NCBI GenBank assembly: GCA_043738665.1
Contig: JAYUFP010000536.1
Coordinates: 1 to 37,513, forward strand
Origin: Isosphaeraceae bacterium
Lineage (GTDB): Bacteria > Planctomycetota > Planctomycetia > Isosphaerales > Isosphaeraceae
Direction: 5' to 3'
DNA: 37,513 nucleotides
The notes below the pieces were generated by a model. That model saw only the letters and a list, made by a program, of their open reading frames with translations, did no database searches and was not told the DNA's origin. Positions within the stretch are counted from its first letter, which is position 1. Each line of letters starts with the position of its first letter. A program made the translations under genes and the position numbers. Positions 1 through 9,683 of the stretch are shown piece by piece.

Positions 1-503
1 AGGATCAGAATCCCGTCCTTGGCCGTCTGGAAGAGGCGACGGAACTGGAGTTCGGAATTCCGGAGGGCGGCGACCGACTTCTTCCATTCGGTGACGTCCT
101 TGATCGCCAGCAGGACGAAATCGGGGTGCTCGCCCTGCGATGAAAAGCGACCGGCGTTGAGCCGCATGTTCCTGCGGCCGATCGCCGGGAAGTCATGCTC
201 GACCTCGAAGTCGTTGAGGTCGATCGCGCTGGGGAGCGCCTCCTTCAGCAAGGCCCGCAGGATGGGGATGTCCCACTGGCCGTTGCCGAGTTCAACGAGG
301 AACCGGCCCACCGTCTCGTCCTCGGAGGTATGGAACGCCTGATAGAACGAGGCGTTGGCCGTCATGACCCGGAGATTCTTGTCGAGGACCAGGAACGGCT
401 CCCTCAGCGTCTCCAGGATTTCCTCGGCGTATCGGAGGGCCTCCCTCGCCGCCGTTTCGCTCATCGGCTCGTCGGATGACAGCCGGTCGAGGTCCGTAGC
501 CAT
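1..503 (-). CDS. PAS-domain signalling protein, N-terminal part (runs off the left edge)
   Basis: Absent from the ORF track because it has no stop inside the window. Reverse-strand ATG at 503-501 has GGGAGGG 4 nt upstream. My translation MATDLDRLSSDEPMSETAAREALRYAEEILETLREPFLVLDKNLRVMTANASFYQAFHTSEDETVGRFLVELGNGQWDIPILRALLKEALPS... stays open to position 1. The pattern is PAS-like; the plus-strand ORFs listed here are Arg/Ser-rich shadows. Confidence 0.7.
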   Translation of the reverse strand, partial: MATDLDRLSSDEPMSETAAREALRYAEEILETLREPFLVLDKNLRVMTANASFYQAFHTSEDETVGRFLVELGNGQWDIPILRALLKEALPSAIDLNDFEVEHDFPAIGRRNMRLNAGRFSSQGEHPDFVLLAIKDVTEWKKSVAALRNSELQFRRLFQTAKDGILI

Positions 504-639
504 ATCGCCCTCCCGTGGTCTGAACCGGGGTTTTCCCGGCGGAGTTCGACTCCTACGGCTCGATCACTTGCCCCGGCCGGAGGTCTCGTCTCCCGGGAAC
601 TCAATTGCGTCCCGGGCGTCGGACTCTTTCCCTCGTTAT

Positions 640-800
640 TAAATGAGTAGCAGAATACTAACCTAAGCTGAAATTAAAAAATACTTGACTCCTGACGGAT
701 TTCGGGGTGGTGATGGTTTTAGCCCCGGAGAAGAGACCAGCGCGGAATTCATACAAGAATCATAAAAAAATATTTAATTTCAGTAAGTAAGTAATTACTG
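640..800. promoter_or_regulatory. AT-rich divergent intergenic region with an 11-bp inverted repeat CTGAAATTAAA (668-678 / 773-783)
   Basis: Strongly AT-rich tract in a high-GC genome, between the minus-strand PAS gene start (503) and the plus-strand small ORF (898). A perfect 11-bp inverted repeat flanks a core of about 94 nt. Confidence 0.35.
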
Positions 801-897
801 TTTTTTGGACGCATTTACGCTAGGATGGTCATTGGGACGGGTGTGCCGACTGATCGTGCGTGGGGAACACCCTCCGCGGAAGGGAGGGGCGTCGCGG

Positions 898-1107
898 ATG
901 ACGGATCAAGAACGGAAAAGACCGGGCCGTCCCAAACGGGAAGGGCCGTCCCGCGAGACGGTCCTCGCGATGAAAGGCTCGCCGGAATGGAAAGCGTGGC
1001 TCGACGCGTTCGCCGGCCACTGCCGCCTCGGACTGGCCGACACGATCGAGCCATCGTTGCTCCATTACGCCCGGCAACGCGACTACGGAGTGCCGCCGAA
1101 GCGTTGA
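898..1107 (+). CDS. small basic hypothetical protein (69 aa)
   Basis: Internal ATG of track ORF 805..1107, preceded by GGAAGGGAGGGG. Sequence is MTDQERKRPGRPKREGPSRETVLAMKGSPEWKAWLDAFAGHCRLGLADTIE... I recognise no family. Confidence 0.4.
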   Translation: MTDQERKRPGRPKREGPSRETVLAMKGSPEWKAWLDAFAGHCRLGLADTIEPSLLHYARQRDYGVPPKR

Positions 1108-1257
1108 GAGAACAAGACCCGGAACTCCGAGTTTCGCGGCCGATCGTCCGGTCATGAGTCGACGGACTCGGTCCCACGGTCTCCCAGATTCCGGAAGCCG
1201 GGGCACCGCCCTGCCACCCGGCCGCACATCAGAAGGATTGCAAAGTCCGACATCAAC

Positions 1258-1372
1258 CCTTCTTCCCCCGGGAGAAGGTGCCGCGAAGCGGCGGATGAGG
1301 GTCTTTTTTGCTTTACGCCGAGATCGGGAACCCTCATCCGGCCTTCGGCCACCTTCTCCCGCGGGGAGAAGG
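1258..1372. repeat. composite palindromic intergenic element (three hairpins)
   Basis: Hairpins are ccttcttcccccgggagaagg (1258-1278), gatgagggt...accctcatc (1294-1338) and ccttctcccgcggggagaagg (1352-1372). The outer two are near-copies of each other. Confidence 0.6.
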
Positions 1373-1542
1373 ACGAACTTTGCAAGCCTCTTCGGCCGCA
1401 CACGCGACCCGTCGCTAACTCAGCGAGGAAGGCCACCGGCACATGTCCGACGCGATTTGGGGTGTCGTGCAGGCGGCTTACGAGAACGAGAAACGGTTTT
1501 AGAGTTGTTCCGTTGTTCGTTTCATCCCGTGGGTCACGGGTC

Positions 1543-3534
1543 TCATGCCGACCCGACCGGCTCGCGCGGCCTGTACGCGATGTCCACGAGTTGCACGCCT
1601 TCGGCCCCGGAGACCCGCACCAGGAGCGACTGGTACGGCTCGAACACGAGGGCGAGCCGGTGTGTGGCTCCGTCGAAGTCGATCGCGACCCGACGCACCT
1701 CGTTCCCCCGGCAGAGAGACTGCCCGTACGTCATCGGGGAACGCAGGTTCCGGCCCTTCGGGTGGGCGAAGAAGAGGTACAGAGCCTCGGCGGTCCGGCG
1801 CGCCCAGAACGGCGGAAGGTCGTCCCCGCTGACGAGCGGCGTCAGGCCCGCGTCTTCGAGTCGAGTGAAGACATTCATGCGCGTGCGGAGGGAGTCCAGG
1901 AGCGTGTCGTAGTCGGCCCGCGGACGCCTTTCGGGCGGAAAGGGGAAGCGGCGGAGGATCACTCGCAACCCGGCGTCGGAAAGCCGAACCACCTTGGCCA
2001 GGGCGTCACCGGCGAGCCAGTCGACGTCGAGCAGGAGCGCCGCGACGGCACAGTCGCCGATCTGCATCCGGCCGTCGACGACCGTGGCCCGACCGAGAAA
2101 CGCCGGGGAAATCCACACAGGGGCATACCCTTCCGTTTCCCGGGGGACGACCACATGCCGCATTTCCCAGCGATGCACGGCGCCCGGGGTCCGCTCCTCG
2201 TCGGGGATGCACCCGAGCCGGCGGTTGTCTTCGTTGGGCAGGTAGACCGCCAGGCGCGACTCGGTCTTGCCCAGCTTCAGGAGCGCCGAGACGCTTTCGA
2301 GGTAGGCGTTGAACGCGGGAATCTCGTCGGCGAAACCGGCGTCGGGGCCGACGTGGACCGAGGCGTAGAACTCGATTTTACCCCCCGGCGCGTTGAACGG
2401 CATTCCGTGCCAAACGACCTGATTGACCCCCTGCGCGAACAGGGCGTCCGCCAGAAGCTTCAGGTCGGCGACCTGCTCCTTATGCCAGTACTGGTAAGGC
2501 GCGAGGTTCGTCCGTCTGGAAAAACTGTAGAGACATGTGAACGTCTCTGTGCTCACGACAGGCTTACCCGAGAGCGCGGCGGCCGAGGCGGCGATTCGTG
2601 AGAACGGCGGCGGGAAGAGGATCGCCTCGCTCTCGGGGATGTCGACCGCCGCGTAGGCCGAGAGTAGGTCGGTCGGGGCTCCGTGACATTGGACCCTCGA
2701 AAAACTCCCGTGTTCGTGGCAGATCGAGGTGAATTCCTGGTAGAACTCGCGGAGGATCGTCTCGGCGATCGCCGTCCGGTAGTCATAGAGGAGGTCGGGG
2801 TCGTCGTCGATCTGGTCCACCAGCCCTTCCAGCCGGTAACCGAATCGCTCGGCGAAAAAATCCCAGAGCTTGGGGTCCCAGAGCCGCCTCGTGTCGAGTT
2901 CCAGCGAGTCGCAGAAGAGCGCGGAGGCCGTCCCGCTGAGCCCCCCGGCGAACGCGGGGATCATGGCCGCGGCGTAGCGCCGGAGCGCCCCGCGGTCGAG
3001 GTGATTTAGAATGGAGGGACGTCCCCCGAAGGCGTGTTCCCATGACCCGTGAAGCTGCTGCCGGGAGAAGCCGTCGAAGGTCCGCGAGGCGTCCTCCTTC
3101 TCGACGACCGACCCGCCGAACGGCCAGCAGCTCCCGAACGTGAAATCGCAGCCGAGCCCGAGCCGATCGGCCTCCCGCTTCGTGAACGCGACGAGTTCGG
3201 CCCACCCCGCGCCGAGCCACTCGATCCCCGGCTCGGCGTTGTGCAACCACGAAGGCCGGAGCCAGGCGAGTTCGACCCCGCCGAAACCGTTGGCCCGGAG
3301 CCATTCGAGCTGACCGACAATATCCTCGCGACGAAACGGACCCGCGAGCCACCACCAGCGCGTGTAAGGCTTCGAGCCTCCCCGAAAGTGAGGCGAAGGG
3401 GGCGGGGCCTCCCGGTCGAGCACTGTTTGAGCGTCAACGGTCGCCGATCCGCGCGGAAAGAATCGTTGCCGAAACCGCGTGCGGATCTTTCCGAGAAGTC
3501 GGGGCATTCCGAAACCATCAAAATAGGAGAACAT
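1543..3534 (-). CDS. glycoside-hydrolase-like protein (663 aa; family uncertain, possibly GH106-like)
   Basis: Long ORF with ordinary amino-acid composition: YTRWWWLAGP..., GFGGVELAWL, CDFTFGSCWPFGG, QCHGAPTDLL. The overlapping ORFs are Arg/Pro-rich shadows. Confidence 0.8.
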   Translation of the reverse strand: MFSYFDGFGMPRLLGKIRTRFRQRFFPRGSATVDAQTVLDREAPPPSPHFRGGSKPYTRWWWLAGPFRREDIVGQLEWLRANGFGGVELAWLRPSWLHNAEPGIEWLGAGWAELVAFTKREADRLGLGCDFTFGSCWPFGGSVVEKEDASRTFDGFSRQQLHGSWEHAFGGRPSILNHLDRGALRRYAAAMIPAFAGGLSGTASALFCDSLELDTRRLWDPKLWDFFAERFGYRLEGLVDQIDDDPDLLYDYRTAIAETILREFYQEFTSICHEHGSFSRVQCHGAPTDLLSAYAAVDIPESEAILFPPPFSRIAASAAALSGKPVVSTETFTCLYSFSRRTNLAPYQYWHKEQVADLKLLADALFAQGVNQVVWHGMPFNAPGGKIEFYASVHVGPDAGFADEIPAFNAYLESVSALLKLGKTESRLAVYLPNEDNRRLGCIPDEERTPGAVHRWEMRHVVVPRETEGYAPVWISPAFLGRATVVDGRMQIGDCAVAALLLDVDWLAGDALAKVVRLSDAGLRVILRRFPFPPERRPRADYDTLLDSLRTRMNVFTRLEDAGLTPLVSGDDLPPFWARRTAEALYLFFAHPKGRNLRSPMTYGQSLCRGNEVRRVAIDFDGATHRLALVFEPYQSLLVRVSGAEGVQLVDIAYRPREPVGSA

Positions 3535-3705
3535 TCTGAATTATGGCCGCGGGATGGAGAATCCGGGTATTTCAAAACTTTCCATATCGCCCATTTTGCC
3601 ACGGAAAGCCAGAATGTCCCTGTTCTTCAGGCCGGGGCGTTGCCCCGGGCTTTCCTCGACCACTCCTTCAGGGTGAAGAGTCGGGCAGTTATTCTCAGCC
3701 GATTT

Positions 3706-4212
3706 TTACTTGGTGAGTAGGACGGGGAACTTTGTCGGCCAGCGGTAATACTTGACATGAGGGGCGTCGATCCGCCTCCAGACCCCGAGCACGGTCTTGG
3801 ATCCGTCGCTCTGGCCGTCGGCGACGATGCTCCCGGAAACGACCTGGGGATAGCCCTCCTTGAGGGGGCCCGGGATCACGATCGAGAGGTGTCCGTGCGT
3901 GTAAGGCCGGACCTCGACCTCGCCGGTCTTCTTATTCTTCCGGTGGGGGTCGTGGTCGGCGGCTTTCAAGAGCGCCACGACGAGATAACCCTCGGCGGCG
4001 GAGGCCGCGGCCGTCGCCCCGTCGGTCACCCCCTCTCCCAGCTTCTCCCAGCCGCCCGCGGGGTCCGAGATCTTCGCGACGATCAAGTCGGCGTTGAGGT
4101 GATCGTAACCGGTCAGGCCGAGCTGTTGCGCCAGCCCCTTGAAGAAGCCCGAGCAGTCGTTCTTCAGCTTTGAGTCATACAGGTCTTTGAGGATCTTGGC
4201 GATGTCCGCCAT
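3706..4212 (-). CDS. hypothetical protein, possible papain-fold (NlpC/P60/CHAP-like) Cys-His enzyme
   Basis: Start moved to the ATG (MADIAKIL...) with GAGGGGG 7 nt upstream. The Cys in NDCSGFF and the His in YTHGHLSIVIPG are spaced as in CHAP/NlpC amidases. No signal peptide. Confidence 0.6.
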   Translation of the reverse strand: MADIAKILKDLYDSKLKNDCSGFFKGLAQQLGLTGYDHLNADLIVAKISDPAGGWEKLGEGVTDGATAAASAAEGYLVVALLKAADHDPHRKNKKTGEVEVRPYTHGHLSIVIPGPLKEGYPQVVSGSIVADGQSDGSKTVLGVWRRIDAPHVKYYRWPTKFPVLLTK

Positions 4213-4492
4213 CAGTCCGCCCCCTCTCACTGGAGTCTCGATACAAGCCTACGCTTCCTATTTATACTTGATCCCCATCGTGCCGAGGATCGCCAAAAAC
4301 GGCGACATTCCGGTTTTTCTCGAAAAAAGGGGATTTGGAGAATCTAGCAGCCGACCAACAAAACTAAAAAATATCAGAAAATTTTGATTGACTTGGAATG
4401 ATTGATTGGTAAGACTGCCATTAATCGTGCGGTGGCGAGGGTTGGACGATCTTTTACGGGATTGGTTCCAATGCGTGCATATCTTTTCCACG

Positions 4493-4573
4493 ATCCCATC
4501 CCATCCCATCACGCCACGCCACGCCACGCCACGCCACGCCACGCCACGCCACGCCACGCCACGCCACGCCACG
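4493..4573. repeat. compound pentanucleotide microsatellite (ATCCC)3 + (ACGCC)12
   Basis: Read directly: atccc x3 (4493-4507, then atc), followed by 12 perfect acgcc units at 4511-4570 plus a partial acg. Confidence 0.97.
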
Positions 4574-4586
4574 TCATTTTGTCACC

Positions 4587-5150
4587 TTGGTCTTGCTGTC
4601 GCTTTCCGCGGCGAACTTCGCTGGATGCACTTCTGAGAGCGGCCGGAAATCCCTGGGCGAGACCATCAACTTGGGAGCGGTCTTCGCTTCGAAGACCCCG
4701 ACTTTGACCCAGCGGATTCGGGTCGAGAACACGACCGGCAGGCCGGTTCGCATTCTCAGCGAGGCCCACTCGTGCGATTGCACCACCGTGGATTTGGAGA
4801 AACGCACGCTCCAACCCGGCGATTCGATGACCCTGACGATGATCGTGAGGGTTTCTCCGGTATATACGATCAACGATATCTCATGCACGCTCAAAACCAA
4901 CCATCCCGACCATCCCAACTGGATCTACCATCTCCGGTTTGAATCGTTCCAGGATGCTCGGATCGTGCCGGATCGAATCGATCTGGGCACCTATACCATA
5001 TCCAAGGGGCAGGCAAAGACGGAACTCAAAGACGGAAACGCCGGCGAAACGACATGGGTCTCACTGGCGAGCAATTCGCGAAACATCGCTCAAACCACGC
5101 TTTCGACGAAACAAGGAGACCTCCGATGCTTTCGTCGCTCATCGTGCTGA
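4587..5150 (+). CDS. DUF1573-domain lipoprotein
   Basis: Has a lipobox-like LSAANFAG|C and a DUF1573-type core (GAVF...RIRVENTTGRPVRILSEAHSCDCTTV). The only in-frame start is TTG at 4587, 14 nt after the microsatellite, so the start is uncertain. Confidence 0.7.
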   Translation: MVLLSLSAANFAGCTSESGRKSLGETINLGAVFASKTPTLTQRIRVENTTGRPVRILSEAHSCDCTTVDLEKRTLQPGDSMTLTMIVRVSPVYTINDISCTLKTNHPDHPNWIYHLRFESFQDARIVPDRIDLGTYTISKGQAKTELKDGNAGETTWVSLASNSRNIAQTTLSTKQGDLRCFRRSSC

Positions 5151-6337
5151 CTTTGGCTTTGCTTTCCGGCCAGGACACGAAGGAAGGCGAAAAGGCATTG
5201 GTGGCGATACGTGCGGCGTACGAAGCCAATCGCGCCGCGCTGTCGGCGACCAGCACGATTCGCTTTCATTCCTGTGATGGAGAACTCGGTTCGGCGTCGA
5301 ACGTTGAAGGCTTTGACGCCGCGTTGAAGGGCGATTGGAAGCGCCTATCCCCTTCCGAAGGCGTTTACTTCTGCGACGGTTTGTACCGTCGCCAAGACAA
5401 TTTGCACACTCTGGAGGTGCTCAAGGCTCGCCGGGTGAAGACCTCACCGACGACTGCCATGTCCACGATTTGGTCGCGCCGTTTATTGACCGATGGCGAG
5501 ACCACGTTAATCGATAACATTGGTGTCGGCACAAACGATCAGACGACCATTCATTCGGCGAATTTGCGTGCCGGAGTTAAAGAGTTCTACCGGCTCGTGG
5601 ATGGCATCCCGCTAAGTCTCGGGAACCCCGATCCTCCCAGTTATGACCTGGGCAAGTGCCTGTCGAAGGTTCTGGAGAGGCGCGAAGGCGCGGTCCTCGT
5701 CGAGTTTGATGACGCGGCTCGACTCGACGGCGTACCTGTGGTCAAGATCAGCGTCGATTTTCAAACCAAAGCCACGAAGCAAAAGTTCACGTTTTGGGTC
5801 GATTTAGGACACGGGGCCATCCCTGTTCAGACTCGGTTGCTGGAATACGTCCCGCATGGAGATGTTACCGCGCTCATCCAGATGAATAACCACGACATCA
5901 AACGAGTGGAGCGGGGTTGGCTGCCTTTCCGTTGGTCTCTCGCCGAAGCATACCTCACCCCGAGCGGCGGGACCACCACGTCGATCGCTCGGGAAGTCGT
6001 GATCGAAGAGGCCAACTTCACCCAACGACCCTACCGCGCGGTATTCGCCCTCGCATTCCCCACCGATGTCACAGTTTCCGACTCAGATCGGTTGCTCGGC
6101 TTCGGACGACGACGGGTGTGGGACGTAAACGACTTTTCCCCGGCCGCGAGGAGTCGAGCCAAGCCGCTCAAGCTCGGAAATTCGACGACGTCCATTCCCA
6201 CGATGCCAGTTGAGCGGATTCCATGGGGTTGGCGGCCTGTGTTTTTGACGCTACTCGGCATCGTGTTACTTCTGACCTCATGCACGATCTTTTATCGCAA
6301 GGCACACCGCCATGAGCCCTCCTTTTCCAATCAGTGA
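5126..6337 (+). CDS. secreted / C-terminally membrane-anchored hypothetical protein (403 aa)
   Basis: Internal ATG of ORF 5054..6337 with AAGGAG 7 nt upstream. Signal-like [17 protein letters not shown] and a C-terminal TM segment [20 protein letters not shown]. Confidence 0.7.
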   Translation: MLSSLIVLTLALLSGQDTKEGEKALVAIRAAYEANRAALSATSTIRFHSCDGELGSASNVEGFDAALKGDWKRLSPSEGVYFCDGLYRRQDNLHTLEVLKARRVKTSPTTAMSTIWSRRLLTDGETTLIDNIGVGTNDQTTIHSANLRAGVKEFYRLVDGIPLSLGNPDPPSYDLGKCLSKVLERREGAVLVEFDDAARLDGVPVVKISVDFQTKATKQKFTFWVDLGHGAIPVQTRLLEYVPHGDVTALIQMNNHDIKRVERGWLPFRWSLAEAYLTPSGGTTTSIAREVVIEEANFTQRPYRAVFALAFPTDVTVSDSDRLLGFGRRRVWDVNDFSPAARSRAKPLKLGNSTTSIPTMPVERIPWGWRPVFLTLLGIVLLLTSCTIFYRKAHRHEPSFSNQ

Positions 6338-7367
6338 GCGATCGGAAACCAGGGGATTTACACTCATCGAGCTCCTGGTGGTGGTCTTTGTGATCGGCGT
6401 GCTCGCCGCGCTCTTGCTGCCCGCCGTTCAAGCCTCTCGCGAAGCGTCGCGACGGATCGATTGCATCAACCATCTCAAGCAGGTCGGCATCGCTCTGCAA
6501 TCGTACGAATCCATTTATGGTTTCTTTCCAGGCGTGGTTACGATCAGCGGCTCGGTAGGCAAGACGACATACTCGAACCACGGTTATAGCCCCCTGGTCA
6601 GGATGCTCGCCCAGATGGACCAGGGGCCGCTATACAACGCCACAAACCTGACCGGCGAAGCCACCCTCCCAAGCTCGCTATGGGCCAACATCACCGCGAT
6701 GAGCCTCACGGTCAATCTGTTCCTGTGTCCCGCCGACTTAATACCGCCTGTCTCGGGATACGGTCGCTCCAGTTATCGTTTCAACATCGGCCCAAGCCCT
6801 TGGCACGCGCCTGCACCTTTGAAGCAGGATGCCAATGACGGTCCGTTCACCACTCATCGATTCTATGGACCCGCTTCCTTCAAGGATGGACTGTCACAAA
6901 CCGTCGGCGCCTCGGAACGGCTTCAGGGGAACTGGACGGCGGGTGTCTGGTCGGATGGCGACTACGTCGTGACGGGCGCGGGCGACGCTCTCATGGGGAG
7001 TCTCACGCAACCCGTGACGACCGATTGGGTGCTTTCGGTGTGCGCCTCCGCCTCGGCGTCTTTGCCGATTGAAACCCGATCGGGAGAGAGTTGGTTCCTT
7101 TCGGGTTATCACTTCACGAACTACAACCATTGCGCGACGCCGAACGCCAAGATCCATGATTGCTCGATCTACTCGTTCAAGGAAGACATCCATTGGCGAA
7201 CCTTGCACGAAGGGGTCTTCACCGCTCGGAGTCGGCACCCGGGAGGCGTCAACGCGATGATGATGGACGGCAGCGTGCGATTCATCCGCGATCCGATCAA
7301 TTTGGCGGTCTGGCGCGCGTTGGCCACTCGCGAGCGCGGGGACATCGTTTCCGGCGACAGCTATTAG
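6312..7367 (+). CDS. DUF1559 / H-X9-DG protein with prepilin-type N-terminal cleavage-methylation domain
   Basis: [43 protein letters not shown] at the N-terminus and [17 protein letters not shown] (H-X9-DG) near the C-terminus. This is the classic planctomycete family. Confidence 0.92.
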   Translation: MSPPFPISERSETRGFTLIELLVVVFVIGVLAALLLPAVQASREASRRIDCINHLKQVGIALQSYESIYGFFPGVVTISGSVGKTTYSNHGYSPLVRMLAQMDQGPLYNATNLTGEATLPSSLWANITAMSLTVNLFLCPADLIPPVSGYGRSSYRFNIGPSPWHAPAPLKQDANDGPFTTHRFYGPASFKDGLSQTVGASERLQGNWTAGVWSDGDYVVTGAGDALMGSLTQPVTTDWVLSVCASASASLPIETRSGESWFLSGYHFTNYNHCATPNAKIHDCSIYSFKEDIHWRTLHEGVFTARSRHPGGVNAMMMDGSVRFIRDPINLAVWRALATRERGDIVSGDSY

Positions 7368-7491
7368 TGGCAGAACGAAGGGGAGATCCCTCATCCTTGA
7401 CGGGCTGCGGGGATTATAGGCAAGGCCGAATCCGCGACGACCAAGGATGTGGACACAGCGTATGCTCATCAATTATGGCTTAAAGACATGC

Positions 7492-7881
7492 TCAGCCTCG
7501 CTTCCACCCATTCTCCACCAATTGCCTGGCCCTTGCGAAGAACGGCTTGTGAACGGTCACTCCGGTTAACCCCTTAAGTGTGTTCGGATCGACCACCCTC
7601 CCGTGCTCCCTGTCGATCACCTGACACCCGGTGTCGCGGACCATGCGGAGTGCGAATTCTTCGGCGACCAAATTCTTTTTCCCTCCCAGCCACGGCACGA
7701 TCACGCAGCCGTTGCGGATCTCGACTTTGCCGCCGTCCAGAATCCACTGGCCTTCCGCTCGAGTGCCGAGCGCGGCGAGGTGCCGTTCGACGGCTTCGGC
7801 TTCGAGCGGTTTGAGGACATGGCTGCCCCGTTCGGCCACCAGCGTGGTGTCCATGTGCCCGATGGTCAAATTGTGGAGCAT
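7492..7881 (-). CDS. hypothetical protein (129 aa), downstream partner of 7883..8509
   Basis: ATG at 7881 (MLHNLTIGHM...) with AAGGAGAG upstream. It starts 1 nt after the stop of the upstream gene. Confidence 0.6.
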   Translation of the reverse strand: MLHNLTIGHMDTTLVAERGSHVLKPLEAEAVERHLAALGTRAEGQWILDGGKVEIRNGCVIVPWLGGKKNLVAEEFALRMVRDTGCQVIDREHGRVVDPNTLKGLTGVTVHKPFFARARQLVENGWKRG

Positions 7882-7882
7882 G

Positions 7883-8509
7883 TCATCTCTCCTTCGGGTC
7901 GCCGCGCATCGAGCGAAGCAGTTTCCGTGCATCCTCGCGGATCGGCAAATCCGTGTCCGGCCCGCGCACGAGCGCGGTCAGGTGGCTTCCGTCCTTGGCT
8001 TCTTCGTACTCGTGGGCGATCACGGCGTCAAGGCGATCTCTGAGTCTCGCCTCGGCCCAGACCTTCGCCGCGGGCTTTTCGGCCATCAGATCCGGATTGA
8101 ACACCCCGGAATCGACCGTAAGTCGAGCGCCCGCCCCGTTGCTGCCGCCGATCTTGTCGCGGGGATGGAATGCCGCGTGGAGGATGCCGTACTCCTTATC
8201 GCCTGTCCCGATTTGGTCGGTCGGGATTCCCAACTTCATCATCCGGTTTTCAACGTGGTAATTCATCGGCTCGGCGTAGCGATGCGAGAAATCGACGGCG
8301 TGTAACCCTGCGTCAGCCGACACCTGCCAAGCGGAAGGCGGAATTCCGACCATGCCGGGCCTGTGTCGGAAGCGGGATAGGATGCGACGGAACGGGTTCA
8401 TACGGCAATCATGACACGCACGGTCGGTTCGCAGGATCATTGGAGGATCATTGGTGTCCGTTTCATTTAATTGTTCGTGGCCGCAAGACCAAACAAGAGA
8501 GGGGGGCAT
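7883..8509 (-). CDS. hypothetical protein (up to 208 aa; start uncertain)
   Basis: Ordinary composition in the C-terminal 150 aa (HAVDFSHRYAEPMNYHVENRMMKLGIPTDQIG..., AVIAHEYEEAKDGSH). I recognise no family. Confidence 0.55.
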   Translation of the reverse strand: MPPSLVWSCGHEQLNETDTNDPPMILRTDRACHDCRMNPFRRILSRFRHRPGMVGIPPSAWQVSADAGLHAVDFSHRYAEPMNYHVENRMMKLGIPTDQIGTGDKEYGILHAAFHPRDKIGGSNGAGARLTVDSGVFNPDLMAEKPAAKVWAEARLRDRLDAVIAHEYEEAKDGSHLTALVRGPDTDLPIREDARKLLRSMRGDPKER

Positions 8510-8767
8510 TGCCGATCATGGCCCAAGGACGGGGAATCTCGGTCATCCGTCACTCTCCCTCCAAACCGCCGATTTCTCCACAGGAAACCAGAATGCCCCC
8601 GTTTTGTCTTCTTCGGGGTGAAAATGACAAATTCAAGATGGAAAGACGCTTCGCGCGCCTCTTCGTGTTCATGATCCGGGGGAAATCGATCGGTGGACGG
8701 GGGGATTGGGCGCGGATAGCATCGGTCGGATCGCGTCTTTCGTGAGGCCCAGGGAAAAGGGGAAGTC

Positions 8768-9370
8768 ATGGGGTCCATCTCCGGGCAGATGCAGCTCATC
8801 CGGTCGGGTGACGTCGAAGCGGCGGCCGTGATCTGGCAGCGCTACGGGCCGCGGTTGACGAACGTCGCGCGGAGACAGATCCCGACTAACCTGCGTTCCA
8901 TCGTCGATGGCGACGACCTCGCCAACGAGGCCCTCACCGTCGTCGTGATGGGGTTCAAAGAGGGGCGCTGGCCTCACGTCCAGGACCGCCATTTGCTCTG
9001 GGGCCTGCTCGCGAAGATCACGTACAACCGCGCACTCCACGAGATCAAAAAATCCAGGCGCAAGCGTAGGCCCCCGGCGCACGCGCAGGTGCCGCTCGAC
9101 GACCTGAACGTCCCGTTCGTGCCGCCCGAGGAATTCGACCTCATGGCGGCCGAGCAGTTCAAGATCCTGATCGAACACCTCGCCGCCAAAGACAAGGTCC
9201 TGGAAACGATCGCGCTGTTGATCTGCGACCGCTACACCTACGCGGAGATCGCCGGGAAGCTGGGGTGTTCGACCCGTAGTGTCGCGCGGAAGGTCGTGAT
9301 CATCCGCCACACCCTCGAAGAGCTTGAACTCGAGCGCGGGCAAGGGACCTCTGAGCCGGAGGGGATCTGA
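8768..9370 (+). CDS. ECF-type RNA polymerase sigma factor (PF07638-like, planctomycete type)
   Basis: LIRSGDVEAAAVIWQRYGPRLTNVARRQI..., DLANEALTVV..., RHLLWGLLAKITYNRALHEIKKSRRKRR, and a C-terminal HTH YAEIAGKLGCSTRSVARKV. Confidence 0.85.
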   Translation: MGSISGQMQLIRSGDVEAAAVIWQRYGPRLTNVARRQIPTNLRSIVDGDDLANEALTVVVMGFKEGRWPHVQDRHLLWGLLAKITYNRALHEIKKSRRKRRPPAHAQVPLDDLNVPFVPPEEFDLMAAEQFKILIEHLAAKDKVLETIALLICDRYTYAEIAGKLGCSTRSVARKVVIIRHTLEELELERGQGTSEPEGI

Positions 9371-9672
9371 TGCGCGCGCAACCCCCGAAGAACTCCGAGT
9401 CGCTGTCCCTGACCGAAACCGAGCACATCGACCGGCTCTGCGACTCGTTCGAGTCCGGCTGGCGGGCAGGCGATTCGCCTCGCATCGAGAATTATCTCGG
9501 CGCGGTCGACCCGTCCCAAAGCCCCGTCCTCCTCCACGAGCTGATCGCCCTCGAAGTCGAACTCCGCTCTGAAGGCGGAGAGCACCCCACCGCCGAAGAC
9601 TACAAAGGCCGCTTCGCCGGCCTCGATTCCATCGTGGATGAGGTTTTTCGAGAGAGCCCGGAGAACCAGTAA
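9370..9672 (+). CDS. stand-alone domain resembling the N-terminus of planctomycete Ser/Thr kinases (100 aa; no kinase domain)
   Basis: TGATG overlap with the sigma gene. IDRLCDSFESGWRAGDSPRIENYLGAV...LLHELIALEVELRSEGGEHPTAEDYKGRF matches the region that normally precedes the kinase domain of ECF-linked STKs. Confidence 0.65.
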   Translation: MRAQPPKNSESLSLTETEHIDRLCDSFESGWRAGDSPRIENYLGAVDPSQSPVLLHELIALEVELRSEGGEHPTAEDYKGRFAGLDSIVDEVFRESPENQ

Positions 9673-9683
9673 GGCGGCGAAAC

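Noticed and set aside
1462-2601. Plus-strand ORF of 379 aa, plus 1154..1912
   Set aside because: They are antisense to or overlap the 663-aa hydrolase-like gene and the repeat element. Composition is Arg/Pro-rich.
4493-4573. Possible CRISPR array, here or at the palindromic repeats near 15.4, 19.3 and 20.9 kb
   Set aside because: There is no repeat-spacer periodicity. The 4.5 kb tract is a 5-nt microsatellite, the other elements are single large hairpins kilobases apart, and there are no cas genes.
4258-4814. ORFs encoding [11 protein letters not shown]... or ...[11 protein letters not shown]... (4258..4572-, 4509..4814-, 4402..4707+, 4406..4636+)
   Set aside because: Their length comes from reading through the (ACGCC)12 microsatellite, and no other coding signal is present. 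The ATG at 4471 is kept only as part of the phase-variation hypothesis.
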